Source: Trichormus sp. ATA11-4-KO1 (GTDB taxonomy: Bacteria > Cyanobacteriota > Cyanobacteriia > Cyanobacteriales > Nostocaceae). From it: a stretch of DNA of 64,000 nt. Below the pieces are notes generated by a model. The model had not been told where the DNA came from. It worked only from the letters and a program-made list of their open reading frames with translations, and ran no database searches. How positions within the stretch are numbered: the stretch's first letter is position 1; each line of letters opens with the position of its first letter. The stretch lies in assembly GCA_019358915.1 (NCBI GenBank), contig JAHHIM010000025.1, forward strand, positions 1 through 64,000, given 5' to 3'. Of this stretch, positions 50,501 through 61,082 are shown piece by piece. The translations under genes were made by a program, and so were the position numbers.

Positions 50501-52181
50501 TATTGAACTAGCTTATTTAATCAAGCCTCAGGTGCCGGCGCAGATTATGGGCGATTTAACTCGTCTACGCCAAGTCTTAATGAATCTTCTCAACAATGCC
50601 ATTAAGTTTACCCAACAAGGAGAAGTGATACTCTGTGTTGAGGCTAGGCAACTGACAAGCAAAAAAAACAACAACGTCTACAAAATTCTATTTACCATCA
50701 AAGACACAGGCATTGGCATCGCCCCAGAAAAGATGAAACACTTATTCCAACCTTTTGCGCAGGCAGATGCCTCCATGAATCGGCGATATGGAGGCACAGG
50801 ACTGGGGTTAGTTATTAGCAAAAGGTTAAGTGAAATGATGGGCGGCACTATTTGGGTAGAAAGCCAAGGCTATGTGGGTGGTAATCCCCGTTCTGGATGG
50901 CGCGCATCCAATCATTCTGCCCCAGGTTCCACCTTCTACTTCACAATTACTACCCAAGTAGTTGCTAATTCAGGTTCAGATGCGTTGCGCACCTCACCAG
51001 ATGGGCTGGTTGGTAAGCGGTTGTTGATTGTGGATGATCATCCCAGCAACCGCAAAATTCTCAGCTTGCAAGCAGAGTCTTGGAAGATGCAGGCTACAGC
51101 AGCTAAATCTGGTCAGGAAGCTTTAGCTGAACTTGCCAAGGGAATACAGTTTGATATTGCCATTCTGGATATGCAGATGCCTGATATGGATGGACTAACC
51201 CTAGCAAATGAGATTCGCCAGCAATTGGGCTGTCAGCACATGCCCTTAGTGATTCTCACTTCTGTGGGTAAATCGGAAATTTACGCTCAATTGAGTAATT
51301 TGCCATTTATTGCCTGTTTGACTAAACCCGTCAAACAGTCACAGCTATATAATGTCTTGACCTCTGTTTTGAGTAATCAGCCGATTAAAGCTAGCATCTC
51401 TCATCGTCATGCTCCTGATTTGTCGCTGCATCTAGCAAAGCAACTGCCTTTACGAATTCTTTTGGCAGAGGACACAGTAGTAAATCAAAAAGTTGCCCTA
51501 CTCATGCTAAAAAAAATTGGTTATCGGGCAGATGTAGCAGCCAATGGGCTAGAAGTACTCAAAGCATTGCAACGCCAGCCTTATGATGTAGTGCTAATGG
51601 ATGTGCAAATGCCAGAAATGGATGGACTAGAAGCAAGTCAGAAAATCTGTGAGCAATGGCAAGCTAGTTCTCGCCCTTATATTATCGCTATGACTGCCAA
51701 TGCCATGCGGGGCGATCGCGAAATTTGTTTGGCGGCTGGGATGGACGATTACATCAGCAAACCAGTTCAGATCGAAGATTTAGTCCAAGCACTCAGCAAA
51801 TACCGACCTAGAGTAAATTCTCAATTCACAGTAATTGATGCCAAAATTTTGCAATCTTTGCGGGATATGCTGGCAGGAGATCAGTCGGCATTTGGGGAAC
51901 TGCTCAATTGTTATTTAGCAGAAACTCCCAAGCTCATACAAGATATTGGCGCATCTGTAACAACTCAAGATGCTCAGGCTTTATGGCAGACAGCCCACAA
52001 ACTCAAGTCCAGCAGTGGCTCTGTCGGGGCCACAATCCTCGCGCAACTTTGTAAGCAGCTAGAAGTTAAGGGACGAAGTCACAACTTAGCAGGAATTGGA
52101 GAAATATTTTCACAACTTGCTCAGGAATATGAGCTAGTTAAAACTGCTTTGCAAATAGAACTAGAGAAGGAGGCAGATTGA
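47508..52181 (+). CDS. Hybrid histidine kinase (CHASE-like, 3 PAS incl. a LOV-like one, GAF, HisKA, HATPase, 2 REC, Hpt)
   Basis: GHNCRFLQG, MSHEIRTPMN, GGTGLGL, LDMQMPDMDG, MDVQMPEMDG, AHKLKSSS. Confidence 0.94.
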   Translation: MGRWHRYHRFKSVNFFSKQVLLPLLVGIFVSIAVIILWQRLLIEEQSNIEQLVQQQAIALQTELTNELKTRILALERMEKRWQMRGGTPRAEWEADAAAQVKDFRGYRAIEWVDPSFRVRWIVPLEGNETAQNLDLSQEARRREALETAHDRHQITFSRTVNLVQGGKGLLAYVPLLKKNQFDGFILGVFQIQPLLDSLVHLPLGYKVRVFDGQELIYSHDSPLLAPPSSWQQDVKIDLYGINWRVQVYPTPELLKNLRSPLPTVVLIAGLLLAGTLTLLIYFAQATKLSSCQITAFNQELAHRIFEQRQIEIALAERETRLRQLLETVKVIPWELDWKTWRFTYVGPQAEVLLDYPINEWYQENFWISHLHPQDREKSLHFCQEAITRGENHEFEYRMLAADGRVVWLRDIVNVVQEAGYPTILRGFMFDITDLKLVEETLRLRERALAATSNGIVIADARLPNNPVIYVNAAFEQITGYSATDVIGHNCRFLQGQDIQQSAIDELRSSLQAGTSCKVILRNYRKDGTCFWNELSISPIHNENGQLTHFVGVQNDISERQAALRELQKAEAALREQEERLQLVIEGNQDAIWDWNIITNQTFRSAKWAELVGEPEHQFISSNEDWVSRIHADDYDRVMMTRQDYLSQKIPNYVIEYRLRCNDGNYKWVLVHGTAQWDQQGNPVRMVGSTKDITERVQTQDALKRQFNRTLLLEQITQKIRQSLDTQGILETAAIQIGKAFGVHRCLIHSYINDPIPRIPVVAQYVVLGYPSMLNVEIPIIGNPHTELMISQDQAIASPDVYVDPLMQTTAPICQEMGLKSMLSVRTSYQGEPNGAICLHQCSYFREWIPDEIELLEAVAVRLGIALAQAHLLEQETRQREELTVKNFALEQAKRQAETANRAKSEFLAMMSHEIRTPMNAVIGMTGLLLDTDLTAQQQDFVETIRSSGDALLTIINDILDFSKIESGKLELEEKPFDLRACIEKVIDLLAPKASEKNIELAYLIKPQVPAQIMGDLTRLRQVLMNLLNNAIKFTQQGEVILCVEARQLTSKKNNNVYKILFTIKDTGIGIAPEKMKHLFQPFAQADASMNRRYGGTGLGLVISKRLSEMMGGTIWVESQGYVGGNPRSGWRASNHSAPGSTFYFTITTQVVANSGSDALRTSPDGLVGKRLLIVDDHPSNRKILSLQAESWKMQATAAKSGQEALAELAKGIQFDIAILDMQMPDMDGLTLANEIRQQLGCQHMPLVILTSVGKSEIYAQLSNLPFIACLTKPVKQSQLYNVLTSVLSNQPIKASISHRHAPDLSLHLAKQLPLRILLAEDTVVNQKVALLMLKKIGYRADVAANGLEVLKALQRQPYDVVLMDVQMPEMDGLEASQKICEQWQASSRPYIIAMTANAMRGDREICLAAGMDDYISKPVQIEDLVQALSKYRPRVNSQFTVIDAKILQSLRDMLAGDQSAFGELLNCYLAETPKLIQDIGASVTTQDAQALWQTAHKLKSSSGSVGATILAQLCKQLEVKGRSHNLAGIGEIFSQLAQEYELVKTALQIELEKEAD

Positions 52182-53125
52182 AAGCAGACCAATTTTTAGT
52201 TCTAATTGTTGATGATGAACAATTTACTAGGATGCAGTTGCGACTTGCTCTCGAAAGGGAAGATTATCAAACAGCAGAAGCTGAAAATGGCAGAGAAGCT
52301 TTAAATGCTTGTCAGCAACTGCACCCCGATATTGTCCTCCTTGACGCAATCATGCCTGATATGGATGGATTCGAGTGTTGCACTCGACTGCAAGCTCTAG
52401 ACTGTTGTCAGCACACTCCAGTTTTGATGATTACAGGACTTGATGATCAAGAATCAGTTGACCGGGCATTTGAAGTGGGTGCCATAGATTTTGTCACCAA
52501 ACCAATTCACTGGCCTGTTTTGCGCCAACGGGTAAGACGCTTGATTCAGCAATCCCAAATTCAGCGACAGTTAGAAGCAGCTAACCGAGAATTGCAGAGA
52601 TTGGTGACTATTGATGGATTAACTCAAGTAGCTAACCGCCGCCGCTTTGAAGAGTATTTTTTCCAAGAGTGGCAGCGAATGGCACGAGAGCAAATGCCTA
52701 TTTCTTTGATTCTTTGCGATGTCGATTTCTTCAAATTTTACAACGATACCTACGGTCATCAGGCAGGCGATCGCTGTCTGCAAGAGGTGGCCATAGCGAT
52801 TAAAAATACTGTGAAACGTCCTGCGGATTTAGTAGCCCGTTATGGAGGTGAAGAATTTGCTGTAATTTTACCCAAAACCGATATGGAAGGAGCTATTCTC
52901 ATTGCTGAAACTATTTGCTCTGTTGTCAGGAAATTAGCATTCCCTCATATTAATTCTCAAGTTAGTTCTTATGTCACAATCAGTGCCGGGGTAGCTACAG
53001 AAATTCCCCAGCCTGGCTCTGACTTGCAAGCCATAATTGCTATGGCTGATCAAGCATTATATCAGGCAAAAACTGAAGGACGCGATCGCGTTAAATTCAT
53101 GCCATTAAAAAGTGCTGAGTGCTGA
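52178..53125 (+). CDS. Response regulator-diguanylate cyclase (REC-GGDEF)
   Basis: LLDAIMPDMDG; RPAD I-site; ARYGGEEF; 4-nt overlap with the kinase stop. Confidence 0.93.
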   Translation: MKADQFLVLIVDDEQFTRMQLRLALEREDYQTAEAENGREALNACQQLHPDIVLLDAIMPDMDGFECCTRLQALDCCQHTPVLMITGLDDQESVDRAFEVGAIDFVTKPIHWPVLRQRVRRLIQQSQIQRQLEAANRELQRLVTIDGLTQVANRRRFEEYFFQEWQRMAREQMPISLILCDVDFFKFYNDTYGHQAGDRCLQEVAIAIKNTVKRPADLVARYGGEEFAVILPKTDMEGAILIAETICSVVRKLAFPHINSQVSSYVTISAGVATEIPQPGSDLQAIIAMADQALYQAKTEGRDRVKFMPLKSAEC

Positions 53126-53186
53126 GTGCTGAGGAGCCAGTGCGTTGGGCGGCTTTGCCGACTTGTAGCATCTGGCGTTGCTGAGT
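53111..53186. repeat. AGTGCTG heptamer array interrupted by a roughly 45-bp hairpin-forming dispersed repeat
   Basis: agtgctg x3, gagccagtgc...gcatctggcgt, then tgctgagt. Confidence 0.7.
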
Positions 53187-53195
53187 CAGGAATTA

Positions 53196-54209
53196 TTATT
53201 TATCCTGCTCCCCTGCATAAACTGCACCCATACTATGATCGGGATGAATTTCTATTACTAAATCAACAGATGAAGGCGATTTAACTAACGGCTGGATGAA
53301 TAATTCTGGGTGGAGCGATCGCCAAAAATAATTGACAAATTCTTCTATTTGTGTATCATTCATTCCTGATTTACCAGCAGCGATCATCTGTTGTTCTGCT
53401 TGTTTACGCCATGCCAAAGAATAACGGTAATCAATGGGATATAGCACAAATAAGCTGTCTAATCGCTCCCACAAGGGCAAATAATTTTTTAGCTGATGAT
53501 TCATATCACGGGCAAATGCTTGATCCTCATCTGTGAGAATTGGTGGCGGGGCATGATCAAATACATCGGGATTAATAGGTCGCACGCCGACAAACCAACC
53601 TTCAAATAAAACAATATCAACACCATTGACAATTTCTGGAGTAGTGCGATCGCCTGCACCGTTGTATGCAGATTTATCAAAGCGGGGAATACTAAATGGA
53701 CTGTTGCCCTGACGAATTTGATCTAGTAGATTGAATCCTATATCTAGATCGTGGGTTCCTGGTGGGCCACGCCAAATTAAACGGGGATCTTGCTGTTTTA
53801 AAGCCAAGCGATCGCTATAAGTTTTATACAAATCATCTAAGGATAAACACAGGGTACGATATCCCAACTGCTGGAGAATGAGACTAAGAGCCTGGGACAT
53901 GGTGGTTTTACCTGTACCTTGACTTCCTAAAATTCCCTGAATCAAGGGACGCTCCAACTGTTGGCGATGCGATGCAAGTTTAATCCCCAGAGGTAACCAC
54001 AAGTCCCACAACACACCTAACATGGCTTGAGGTGAAAGTTGCAGCTTGGTTTGGCAGAATCGGCTAAAACTTGGTAGTACAGATTTAAATAAACGCGATC
54101 GCGCTTGGATGATTTCATCGACATTTTCCGGTGTGATGCCAAAAGCTTTTGCTCTTAAGGTATCTGCTAGGGCTGCTTTTCTTGCTTCTGCATCATTTAG
54201 CCAATGCAT
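53196..54209 (-). CDS. Glycerate kinase, plant-type GLYK-like
   Basis: GSQGTGKTT, SLDDLY, RGPPGTHD, PRFDKS..GAGDR, FEGWFVG. Confidence 0.85.
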   Translation of the reverse strand: MHWLNDAEARKAALADTLRAKAFGITPENVDEIIQARSRLFKSVLPSFSRFCQTKLQLSPQAMLGVLWDLWLPLGIKLASHRQQLERPLIQGILGSQGTGKTTMSQALSLILQQLGYRTLCLSLDDLYKTYSDRLALKQQDPRLIWRGPPGTHDLDIGFNLLDQIRQGNSPFSIPRFDKSAYNGAGDRTTPEIVNGVDIVLFEGWFVGVRPINPDVFDHAPPPILTDEDQAFARDMNHQLKNYLPLWERLDSLFVLYPIDYRYSLAWRKQAEQQMIAAGKSGMNDTQIEEFVNYFWRSLHPELFIQPLVKSPSSVDLVIEIHPDHSMGAVYAGEQDK

Positions 54210-54301
54210 CCAACACCTCTAATGAGTACAAACGTTTTTGCGATCACCCAATGAATCAATTCAAAATTCAAAATAAAAACGGTTACACCAGATTCTGCGT
54301 A

Positions 54302-55105
54302 TTAGCGGGGTTGGGGTTGCTCAAAAGCATAGATATCTTGAATAACTTGTACCCAACCATCAGATACAGATTCGAGGATGCGATCGCCTTTTTCTTTAGT
54401 TGCAGTTGTCGCATCACCAATCACTCCACTTTTACTAACATCCCGCGTTACCCAAGCCACAGGGAGTTTACCTTCCAAACTTAGTAAACTACTTTGTGAT
54501 TGTTCTGGCGGATACTCAGCAACAGCTTGATCCAGCTTTACCTGTTCTGGCAAAATCGCCAACATAATGCTAGTTTCTGCATCTCCGGCGTGCATTCCCA
54601 ATGCGGCTTCCTTCGGAGATAATAATTCTTTAGTAATATGAGGCACACGCCAAGTAAACAAAGGAAACACCAAAAAATCATCATACTCGACATGCAAATC
54701 CCGCGCTGCCATTTGCATAACTTGGGGTTGTCCACCGTGGGAGTTCATCAACACCAGTTTTTTAAACCCAGCACGGTAAATACTTGCCCCCACTTCCATA
54801 ATAGTTGCGGTCAGGGTTTCCGTACTCAAAGTAATTGTACCGGGAAAATGCCAATGCTCGTTAGATTTACCATAATAAAGAGGGGGTAGAGCATAGGCGG
54901 GAATGCTAGCATCCAGTTTTTTCAGGGCTTCTCCCAAGACTCCCATACCGATCGCAGCATCGACAATCAGTGGCAAATGGGGGCCATGTTGTTCAATTGC
55001 CCCTACTGGTTGGATGATTACCACATTTTCCTTATTTGGCATAGCCTGGACATCAGTCCAAGTCAGGTAAGGAAAAAAGCGTTCTGGGGGAATAAAGCTG
55101 TGCAT
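54302..55105 (-). CDS. Creatininase family amidohydrolase
   Basis: GAIEQHGPHLP..D, SNEHWHFPGT, NSHGGQ, HAGDAETS. Confidence 0.92.
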   Translation of the reverse strand: MHSFIPPERFFPYLTWTDVQAMPNKENVVIIQPVGAIEQHGPHLPLIVDAAIGMGVLGEALKKLDASIPAYALPPLYYGKSNEHWHFPGTITLSTETLTATIMEVGASIYRAGFKKLVLMNSHGGQPQVMQMAARDLHVEYDDFLVFPLFTWRVPHITKELLSPKEAALGMHAGDAETSIMLAILPEQVKLDQAVAEYPPEQSQSSLLSLEGKLPVAWVTRDVSKSGVIGDATTATKEKGDRILESVSDGWVQVIQDIYAFEQPQPR

Positions 55106-55471
55106 CTTACTACTATCGCGTCATTTTTATGTTACCGGATGGGGGAATGAGGCAGGGGAGCAGAGGGGAAAAGAACAAAAATAGTGGTGTGGCTGAATGA
55201 AGGGATGATTCTTGTAGCGACTGTCTTAAAAGTCAAGAGATCGTAAGCGAAAAAAATCAATAAGAAAATCGGCATTCATACGCCAGGATGCAACGCCAAT
55301 TTTTCAAATATATTCAACTTTGCAGACATCCCGCAAATATGCAATGCCAAGTGTCTTAATAGCGAGGTAGTGCAAGTGTGAAAATTTATACGAGACCACA
55401 GACGCGATCGCTTGCATGTTGCTAAATTAACAAAGAATATTAGAATCAAGCCAAGCTACTTGCAATAGATC

Positions 55472-57505
55472 ATGGTGTCTACTACTACCAGCTTCCCGGA
55501 TGTGCAAAATCATTGGGCCCGCCTATTCATTGAAGCCTTAGCAACACGGCGCATTTTGAATGGCTATCCGAATGGCACTTTTCGTCCAGATAACTCAGTT
55601 ACTCGCGCTGAGTTTGCTGCCATCATTGGCGCAGTTTTTACGGGAACTCCCAAGCGGCAATATGTTCCTTTTGTTGATGTACCGACTAATCACTGGGCGA
55701 TAAGTGCCATTAAAAAAGTCTACGAAGCAGGATTTCTCATCGGCTATCCCGATGGGCGTTTCCGCCCCAATGACAGGATTTTTCGCGGCGATGTCTTTGT
55801 GGCCATAGTCAATGGTTTAGAAATTGCCACTCAGGTAAAACCTGACTTGCTAAGTGCGTTACCACAAATTTATCAAGATGCGGATAAAATCGCTGGTTAT
55901 GCTAGAAACCAAGTCGCGATCGCTACTAGTACAGGTTTAGTAGCTAGTCACCCGAATGTAAAATTACTTAACCCAACTGTAGCCGCAACTCGTGCTGAGG
56001 TGGCAGTAATTGTCTATCAAGCTTTAGTGTATCTGGGTCGAGCTGACAAGATTGCTTCTAACTACATCGTACTTCCGCCAAATACTACTCCCACACCAAA
56101 ACCCACACAGCCTGGTAGCATTAGGCTAAATCATCAGCGAGAGTTCCGGGGAGCGTGGGTAACCACAGTCTGGAATAGTGATTGGCCTGCCAAAGCCGGA
56201 CTCCCGGCGGCGCAACAGCAAGCTGAATTTTTGGAAATTCTCAACCGCTTACAAACACTGAATTTCAATGCCCTAATTTTACAGGTGCGACCAGAAGGAG
56301 ATGCTTTGTATGCTTCCCAGTTAGAACCTTGGAGTGCTTGGCTAACAGGAACTCAAGGTAAAGCACCAGAACCATTTTACGATCCGTTAGAGTTTGCGAT
56401 CGCTGAATGTCACAAGCGGAATCTTGAACTTCACGCTTGGTTCAACCCCTACCGCGCTAAAACTAGCATCAAAGCTGCGCCCAATGTTCGCCCCCACCTA
56501 GCCGTGATAAATCCCGAAGTAGTTTACCAATGGGGCAATCAACTATGGATGGACCCAGGAATTAAGATTGTTCAAGACAGAGCTTACAACGTAATTATGG
56601 ATGTTGTCCGGCGTTATGATGTCGATGCCATTCACTTAGATGATTATTTTTATCCTTATCCTATCCAGGGTCAGTCTTTCCCCGATGATAAAACTTACGC
56701 AGCTTATAGGGCATCTGGTGGTGGACTGGGCTTAGCTGACTGGCGGCGAGAAAATGTCAATCAAATGGTGCTACGTTTATTTCAGGGAATCAAAGCAACA
56801 AAGCCCCACGTGAAATTTGGTATTAGTCCTTTTGGCATTTATCGCCCAGGGCAACCACTAGGAATCATTGGCTTGGATGCCTATAATGTACTTTATGCTG
56901 ATGCTAAAAAATGGTTGGAGCAAGGTTGGATTGATTATATAGCTCCCCAACTCTATTGGCGCACCGATCAACCTGGACAAAGTTACCCTGTATTGCTCAA
57001 ATGGTGGACAGAAATTAATCCCCAGCAGCGACATATTTATGTAGGTAACAATATTAGTCAACTCGATGGCAAGGCATGGAAAGATGAGGAAATTGACAAA
57101 CAAGTCAAGATTACTCGCAACCTAGCAGGAAACTTGTCACTGGGGAATATCTTTTTCAGCATGAGTTCTATCAATCAAAATCGTCAGGGCATTTCTGACA
57201 GATTCCAAAATTCGCTTTATGCCAGTCCCGCCATAGTACCTACTATGTCATGGCAGAATGCAGCTGCACCACCATCACCCAAAGAATTGCAAGTCAATAA
57301 TCGCAGACTGAGTTGGCAACCTGGGGATCATCAGCCTGTTCGTTCCTGGACGTTATATCGGCAGACTGGGGATACATGGATACTTCAGCGTGTTTTGTCT
57401 GCTGGTACAACTTTTGCCACTGTGCAACAAGCGGGAACCTATGCTGTATGCGCCGTTGATAGGTTGGCCAATGAGAGTGCGGGAATTATGATTAATGTGA
57501 TTTGA
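55472..57505 (+). CDS. SLH domains plus glycosyl hydrolase-like 10 (YddW/DigH-like)
   Basis: GYPNGTFRPDNSVTRAEFA; EFRGAWV, QVRPEGDALY, HAWFNPYR, HLDDYFYPY. Confidence 0.92.
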   Translation: MVSTTTSFPDVQNHWARLFIEALATRRILNGYPNGTFRPDNSVTRAEFAAIIGAVFTGTPKRQYVPFVDVPTNHWAISAIKKVYEAGFLIGYPDGRFRPNDRIFRGDVFVAIVNGLEIATQVKPDLLSALPQIYQDADKIAGYARNQVAIATSTGLVASHPNVKLLNPTVAATRAEVAVIVYQALVYLGRADKIASNYIVLPPNTTPTPKPTQPGSIRLNHQREFRGAWVTTVWNSDWPAKAGLPAAQQQAEFLEILNRLQTLNFNALILQVRPEGDALYASQLEPWSAWLTGTQGKAPEPFYDPLEFAIAECHKRNLELHAWFNPYRAKTSIKAAPNVRPHLAVINPEVVYQWGNQLWMDPGIKIVQDRAYNVIMDVVRRYDVDAIHLDDYFYPYPIQGQSFPDDKTYAAYRASGGGLGLADWRRENVNQMVLRLFQGIKATKPHVKFGISPFGIYRPGQPLGIIGLDAYNVLYADAKKWLEQGWIDYIAPQLYWRTDQPGQSYPVLLKWWTEINPQQRHIYVGNNISQLDGKAWKDEEIDKQVKITRNLAGNLSLGNIFFSMSSINQNRQGISDRFQNSLYASPAIVPTMSWQNAAAPPSPKELQVNNRRLSWQPGDHQPVRSWTLYRQTGDTWILQRVLSAGTTFATVQQAGTYAVCAVDRLANESAGIMINVI

Positions 57506-57508
57506 GCA

Positions 57509-57567
57509 AAAGCGTCGCTTGCTAACTGCTGATGTTGGGTATATAGTCTTTGGCTAAGCGACGCTTT
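57509..57567. terminator. Inverted repeat between convergent genes
   Basis: aaagcgtcgctt ... aagcgacgcttt. Confidence 0.5.
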
Positions 57568-57607
57568 CAGTGTGACAGGCTTGTTTGTTTCAGTGAGCAA
57601 TTACATT

Positions 57608-59005
57608 TTATGTAGTTGGTTTGATTTGTGTTAGCAAGATTTTCAACCAAGAGGAAACTGCTTCTTCCATTTCCCATCTATGAGAAGCTTCGAGATTTTG
57701 AGTAACTTCATAACTAACAACAGCATAGTAAAGAGCAGCTATAGGTTGTGCTTTTTCAAACACAGAAATTAGTTGCTCTATCGGCATATAAACTGTCCAG
57801 GGTTCTAGATAAGCATTACGTAAACGTACTTGCACATCAGTTACATCGGGAAGTTGATGTGTAATATCTTGCAAAAATAAAATTACATCGAAAAAGGGAT
57901 GAGATATTGCGGCATCAGACCAATCGAAATAGATAAAATTTTCATCAGTAACAATCACATTTTCGCAATGAAAATCGCCGTGTATTAAAGTTTGAGGTAT
58001 ACCACACATTGCTAATTCATAACACATTGCTATTAATTCAGGAGCTAAAAAGCTTAATCTCTTGATCTCAGATTCTAAAAAACGTGGATTATTTGGTGGC
58101 ACTAGTAATGTGGATGTGTCTGCTAATAGTGGCTCAACTTGACTAACGAGACGCTCTATACCTCGGTTAGGACAGCCAATATCCAATAACTTATTTATCT
58201 GAGCAACAGCCTGAATTTGCATCTTAGCAAACAAACTAAGTGCTTCTTCCCATTGAGTAATATCGGTGATTTTCCCCAGATGCTTGCCACCAAACTCTGT
58301 CATTAACATCCAGTGCTGTTGTGTCTCTATGACTATCAAATCTGGCAAGTTTTTGGAATAAAATTCAGATAATAAATTGGTTATAGCAGGTTCATTATAA
58401 AATATCCCAAACGTCGCTTTGAAGTAAATATTTCCAGATGTAGTAGTGACTTTTAAAAGGCAAGAACGAGTTTGAGATTTCACTTGTTCAATTGGAGCAA
58501 TTACATTCATATTTCGGGAATAAATTTGTGAATTAATCCAGGACACTACTTTTTCAAACCAGCCTATTTTCGCCCAAGGAACTCGTTTCTCGGGAATATT
58601 ATTTTTGCTAATTTCAGCAAACCAAGCATCAAGGATTCGGCGAATTTTAGGTTTAATAAATTCGACACTATCTAAATCCTCAAACCCAAACCAACGTGCA
58701 TTTTGAGGTGGTGTCCACAATGGAGAGTGATTTTCCATTGCATACGTCCTACACCCAGTTTTGGTTTCTAGGCTGTAATCTTCATAAAAACAGCGCAACA
58801 CAGTTACATCCATTCCCAATTGTGCTTTAATCGCTTGATTTATATGGTTTACAACCCCAAAGTGATGCTCGTAAGGCACAAACCACGGCAAAGACCAGCC
58901 ATTTTCGTCAGTTAGCATTAATACTTGTGGCTTCGTTCTGTGGAGAATAATGCTGTAATAGTCGAAATGGAAATTTGGAAAGTTAACTACAACTATTGGA
59001 CTCAT
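57608..59005 (-). CDS. Aminoglycoside phosphotransferase-like kinase with N-terminal extension
   Basis: YFKA, TLIHGDFHCENV, FDWSDA. Confidence 0.85.
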   Translation of the reverse strand: MSPIVVVNFPNFHFDYYSIILHRTKPQVLMLTDENGWSLPWFVPYEHHFGVVNHINQAIKAQLGMDVTVLRCFYEDYSLETKTGCRTYAMENHSPLWTPPQNARWFGFEDLDSVEFIKPKIRRILDAWFAEISKNNIPEKRVPWAKIGWFEKVVSWINSQIYSRNMNVIAPIEQVKSQTRSCLLKVTTTSGNIYFKATFGIFYNEPAITNLLSEFYSKNLPDLIVIETQQHWMLMTEFGGKHLGKITDITQWEEALSLFAKMQIQAVAQINKLLDIGCPNRGIERLVSQVEPLLADTSTLLVPPNNPRFLESEIKRLSFLAPELIAMCYELAMCGIPQTLIHGDFHCENVIVTDENFIYFDWSDAAISHPFFDVILFLQDITHQLPDVTDVQVRLRNAYLEPWTVYMPIEQLISVFEKAQPIAALYYAVVSYEVTQNLEASHRWEMEEAVSSWLKILLTQIKPTT

Positions 59006-59272
59006 AACTAGGTATCTCTTTCATGAATTTGCTGGACTTAATTGGCATGAAAGAAGCCTCGTAACCCAAAAAATTTTTTACCCAGTCGCACAAAAGTTTA
59101 TCAGACAGATGCTTTACTTGTCTGTTGCAACTGATAAGGGGGTTACGAGACGTTACTAGCGAATCCGAATAAACATAGATAATCAGTTATGAAAATAAGG
59201 TATTTGGCAAATTTATTTTCAGTATATGGCACTTTTGAAAGTTCATTGCAAATCAAAACAGCACACCAAAGC

Positions 59273-60283
59273 TCAGGTTTTGTCAACTTCTTGTAAAGTA
59301 TCTAAAAGTTTCGATTCATTCGTGGAACATTCAAATAGATGTAACCCCAACTGCTGGGAAAGTTCTTCACACACCTTAACTCCCCGCACACTATTACCAC
59401 GCACGTCTAGCAGTGGCGAAAATACGCCAATGCCCATTTTATGAGGGACAACAGCCATAATCCCACCACAAACACCACTTTTAGCAGGAATGCCAACTGT
59501 GTAAGCCCACTCACCTGCAAAGTTATACATGCCGCAGGTGTACATGACGCTAAGAATATCTTTGATATAACGGCTATCTACCGCCTGTTCACCTGTGATG
59601 GGGTTAATACCTTTGTTAGCCAGGGTAGCCGCCATCACAGCTAAATCTTGACAATTCACCATCACAGCACACTGCTGAAAGTAAAGATCCAACGCTTCTT
59701 CGATATTTTGGTCAATCATGCCAAAGTTGAGCATCAGATGTGCCATAGCGCGGTTACGATGTCCCGTGCTACGTTCAGATGTAAACACTGATATATCAAC
59801 AAATGCATCATGTCCGGTGTATCTTTGAAACATCTCTAAAACTCGGTTAAGACGCTCTGTGGGGCCAGATCCTTTAATTAAGCTAGTAGTGGCGATCGCT
59901 CCCGCGTTTACCATTGGGTTATAAGGTCGCTTTGATTGCTCATCCAGCATAATCGCGTTGAATGCATCCCCTGTCGGTTCTACGCCAACTCTAGTTAAAA
60001 TGTAATCCCTTCCATGATCTTCTAAGGCGAGTCCGTAAGTAAACACTTTAGAAATAGACTGGATAGTAAATAGTTGTTGGTAATCCCCAACTTCGTAAGT
60101 GTGTCCATCTACAGTCACAAGGCAAATACTAAATAATTCCGGATTTACCTTCGTTAGTTCTGGAATATAGTTTGCTAATGTGCCCTCATTTAGTGTCTTG
60201 TATTTGGAATACAAGTCATTGAGAACAGTTAAAAATGGCGATGAGACTACTTCTAAATCTCCTAGATGTGTTTGGTTTGCCAT
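59273..60283 (-). CDS. glsA: Glutaminase A
   Basis: [46 protein letters not shown]. Confidence 0.95.
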   Translation of the reverse strand: MANQTHLGDLEVVSSPFLTVLNDLYSKYKTLNEGTLANYIPELTKVNPELFSICLVTVDGHTYEVGDYQQLFTIQSISKVFTYGLALEDHGRDYILTRVGVEPTGDAFNAIMLDEQSKRPYNPMVNAGAIATTSLIKGSGPTERLNRVLEMFQRYTGHDAFVDISVFTSERSTGHRNRAMAHLMLNFGMIDQNIEEALDLYFQQCAVMVNCQDLAVMAATLANKGINPITGEQAVDSRYIKDILSVMYTCGMYNFAGEWAYTVGIPAKSGVCGGIMAVVPHKMGIGVFSPLLDVRGNSVRGVKVCEELSQQLGLHLFECSTNESKLLDTLQEVDKT

Positions 60284-61082
60284 AAGGCTGATAATTTACT
60301 CTGAAAAATCATACTTTATTAAATATGGCAAGCGGAATTATACGTGATTTTTATTACACCTTAACTTATTTACCCATGCCTGAGAAGCTATTTTTAATAG
60401 TCTCATCATCAATTTTACTTTGCTAGTAAAAAATTTTTAGCTACATTATTGTTATACTTGTTTAAGTATAAACTCTAATAAAACTTGTTACTTATAATAC
60501 AAATAAATTTGAATATTTTCAAAGTATTTACGCATAAAGTATGTAATAAAAGTAAGTTAATCAAAAATGGACAATACTAGCTCATTTAAAAAATCTATGA
60601 TTTGTAAGTCTTGATACCGCTTGTTTATATTAAAATTTAAAAATTTTATAAACTAAATACAATTAATCATTTATGGTGGTTTTTTTCTCCAATATATTAA
60701 ATTATTATAGGTAAGATTTTAATTTTTTATATGTTATTTTAAATACAGTTTTGCATCAGGAGAGTTACAGCTAATTAAAAATCAGCAAAATATTAAATTT
60801 TCATATGAAAAATTTTGTTAAACGAAAAAAACGTTACATAGTCGAAATCCGCATTTACAAAAGGTTTTACCCTAGAAATTGGGATCAGAATTTGATGAAG
60901 TTATGATTATCTACGCTAAAACCCTGATCCCCAAGCTAAGAAGTTCATGTTAGTCTGTTGCAGTTATAAACAAAAAGTGAAAGCGGAACAAGTTCGAGTT
61001 ATTAGGAATACGTCATGTTCTGTGACACAAAATCCCACGAACTAAGAAACTGCTGTTCTACAGTCGCTTTAAAATCGGACGC

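Noticed and set aside
60487..60500. NtcA-like site (GTA-N8-AAC on minus strand) upstream of glsA
   Set aside because: Imperfect, no properly spaced -10, and the region is very AT-rich so chance matches are expected
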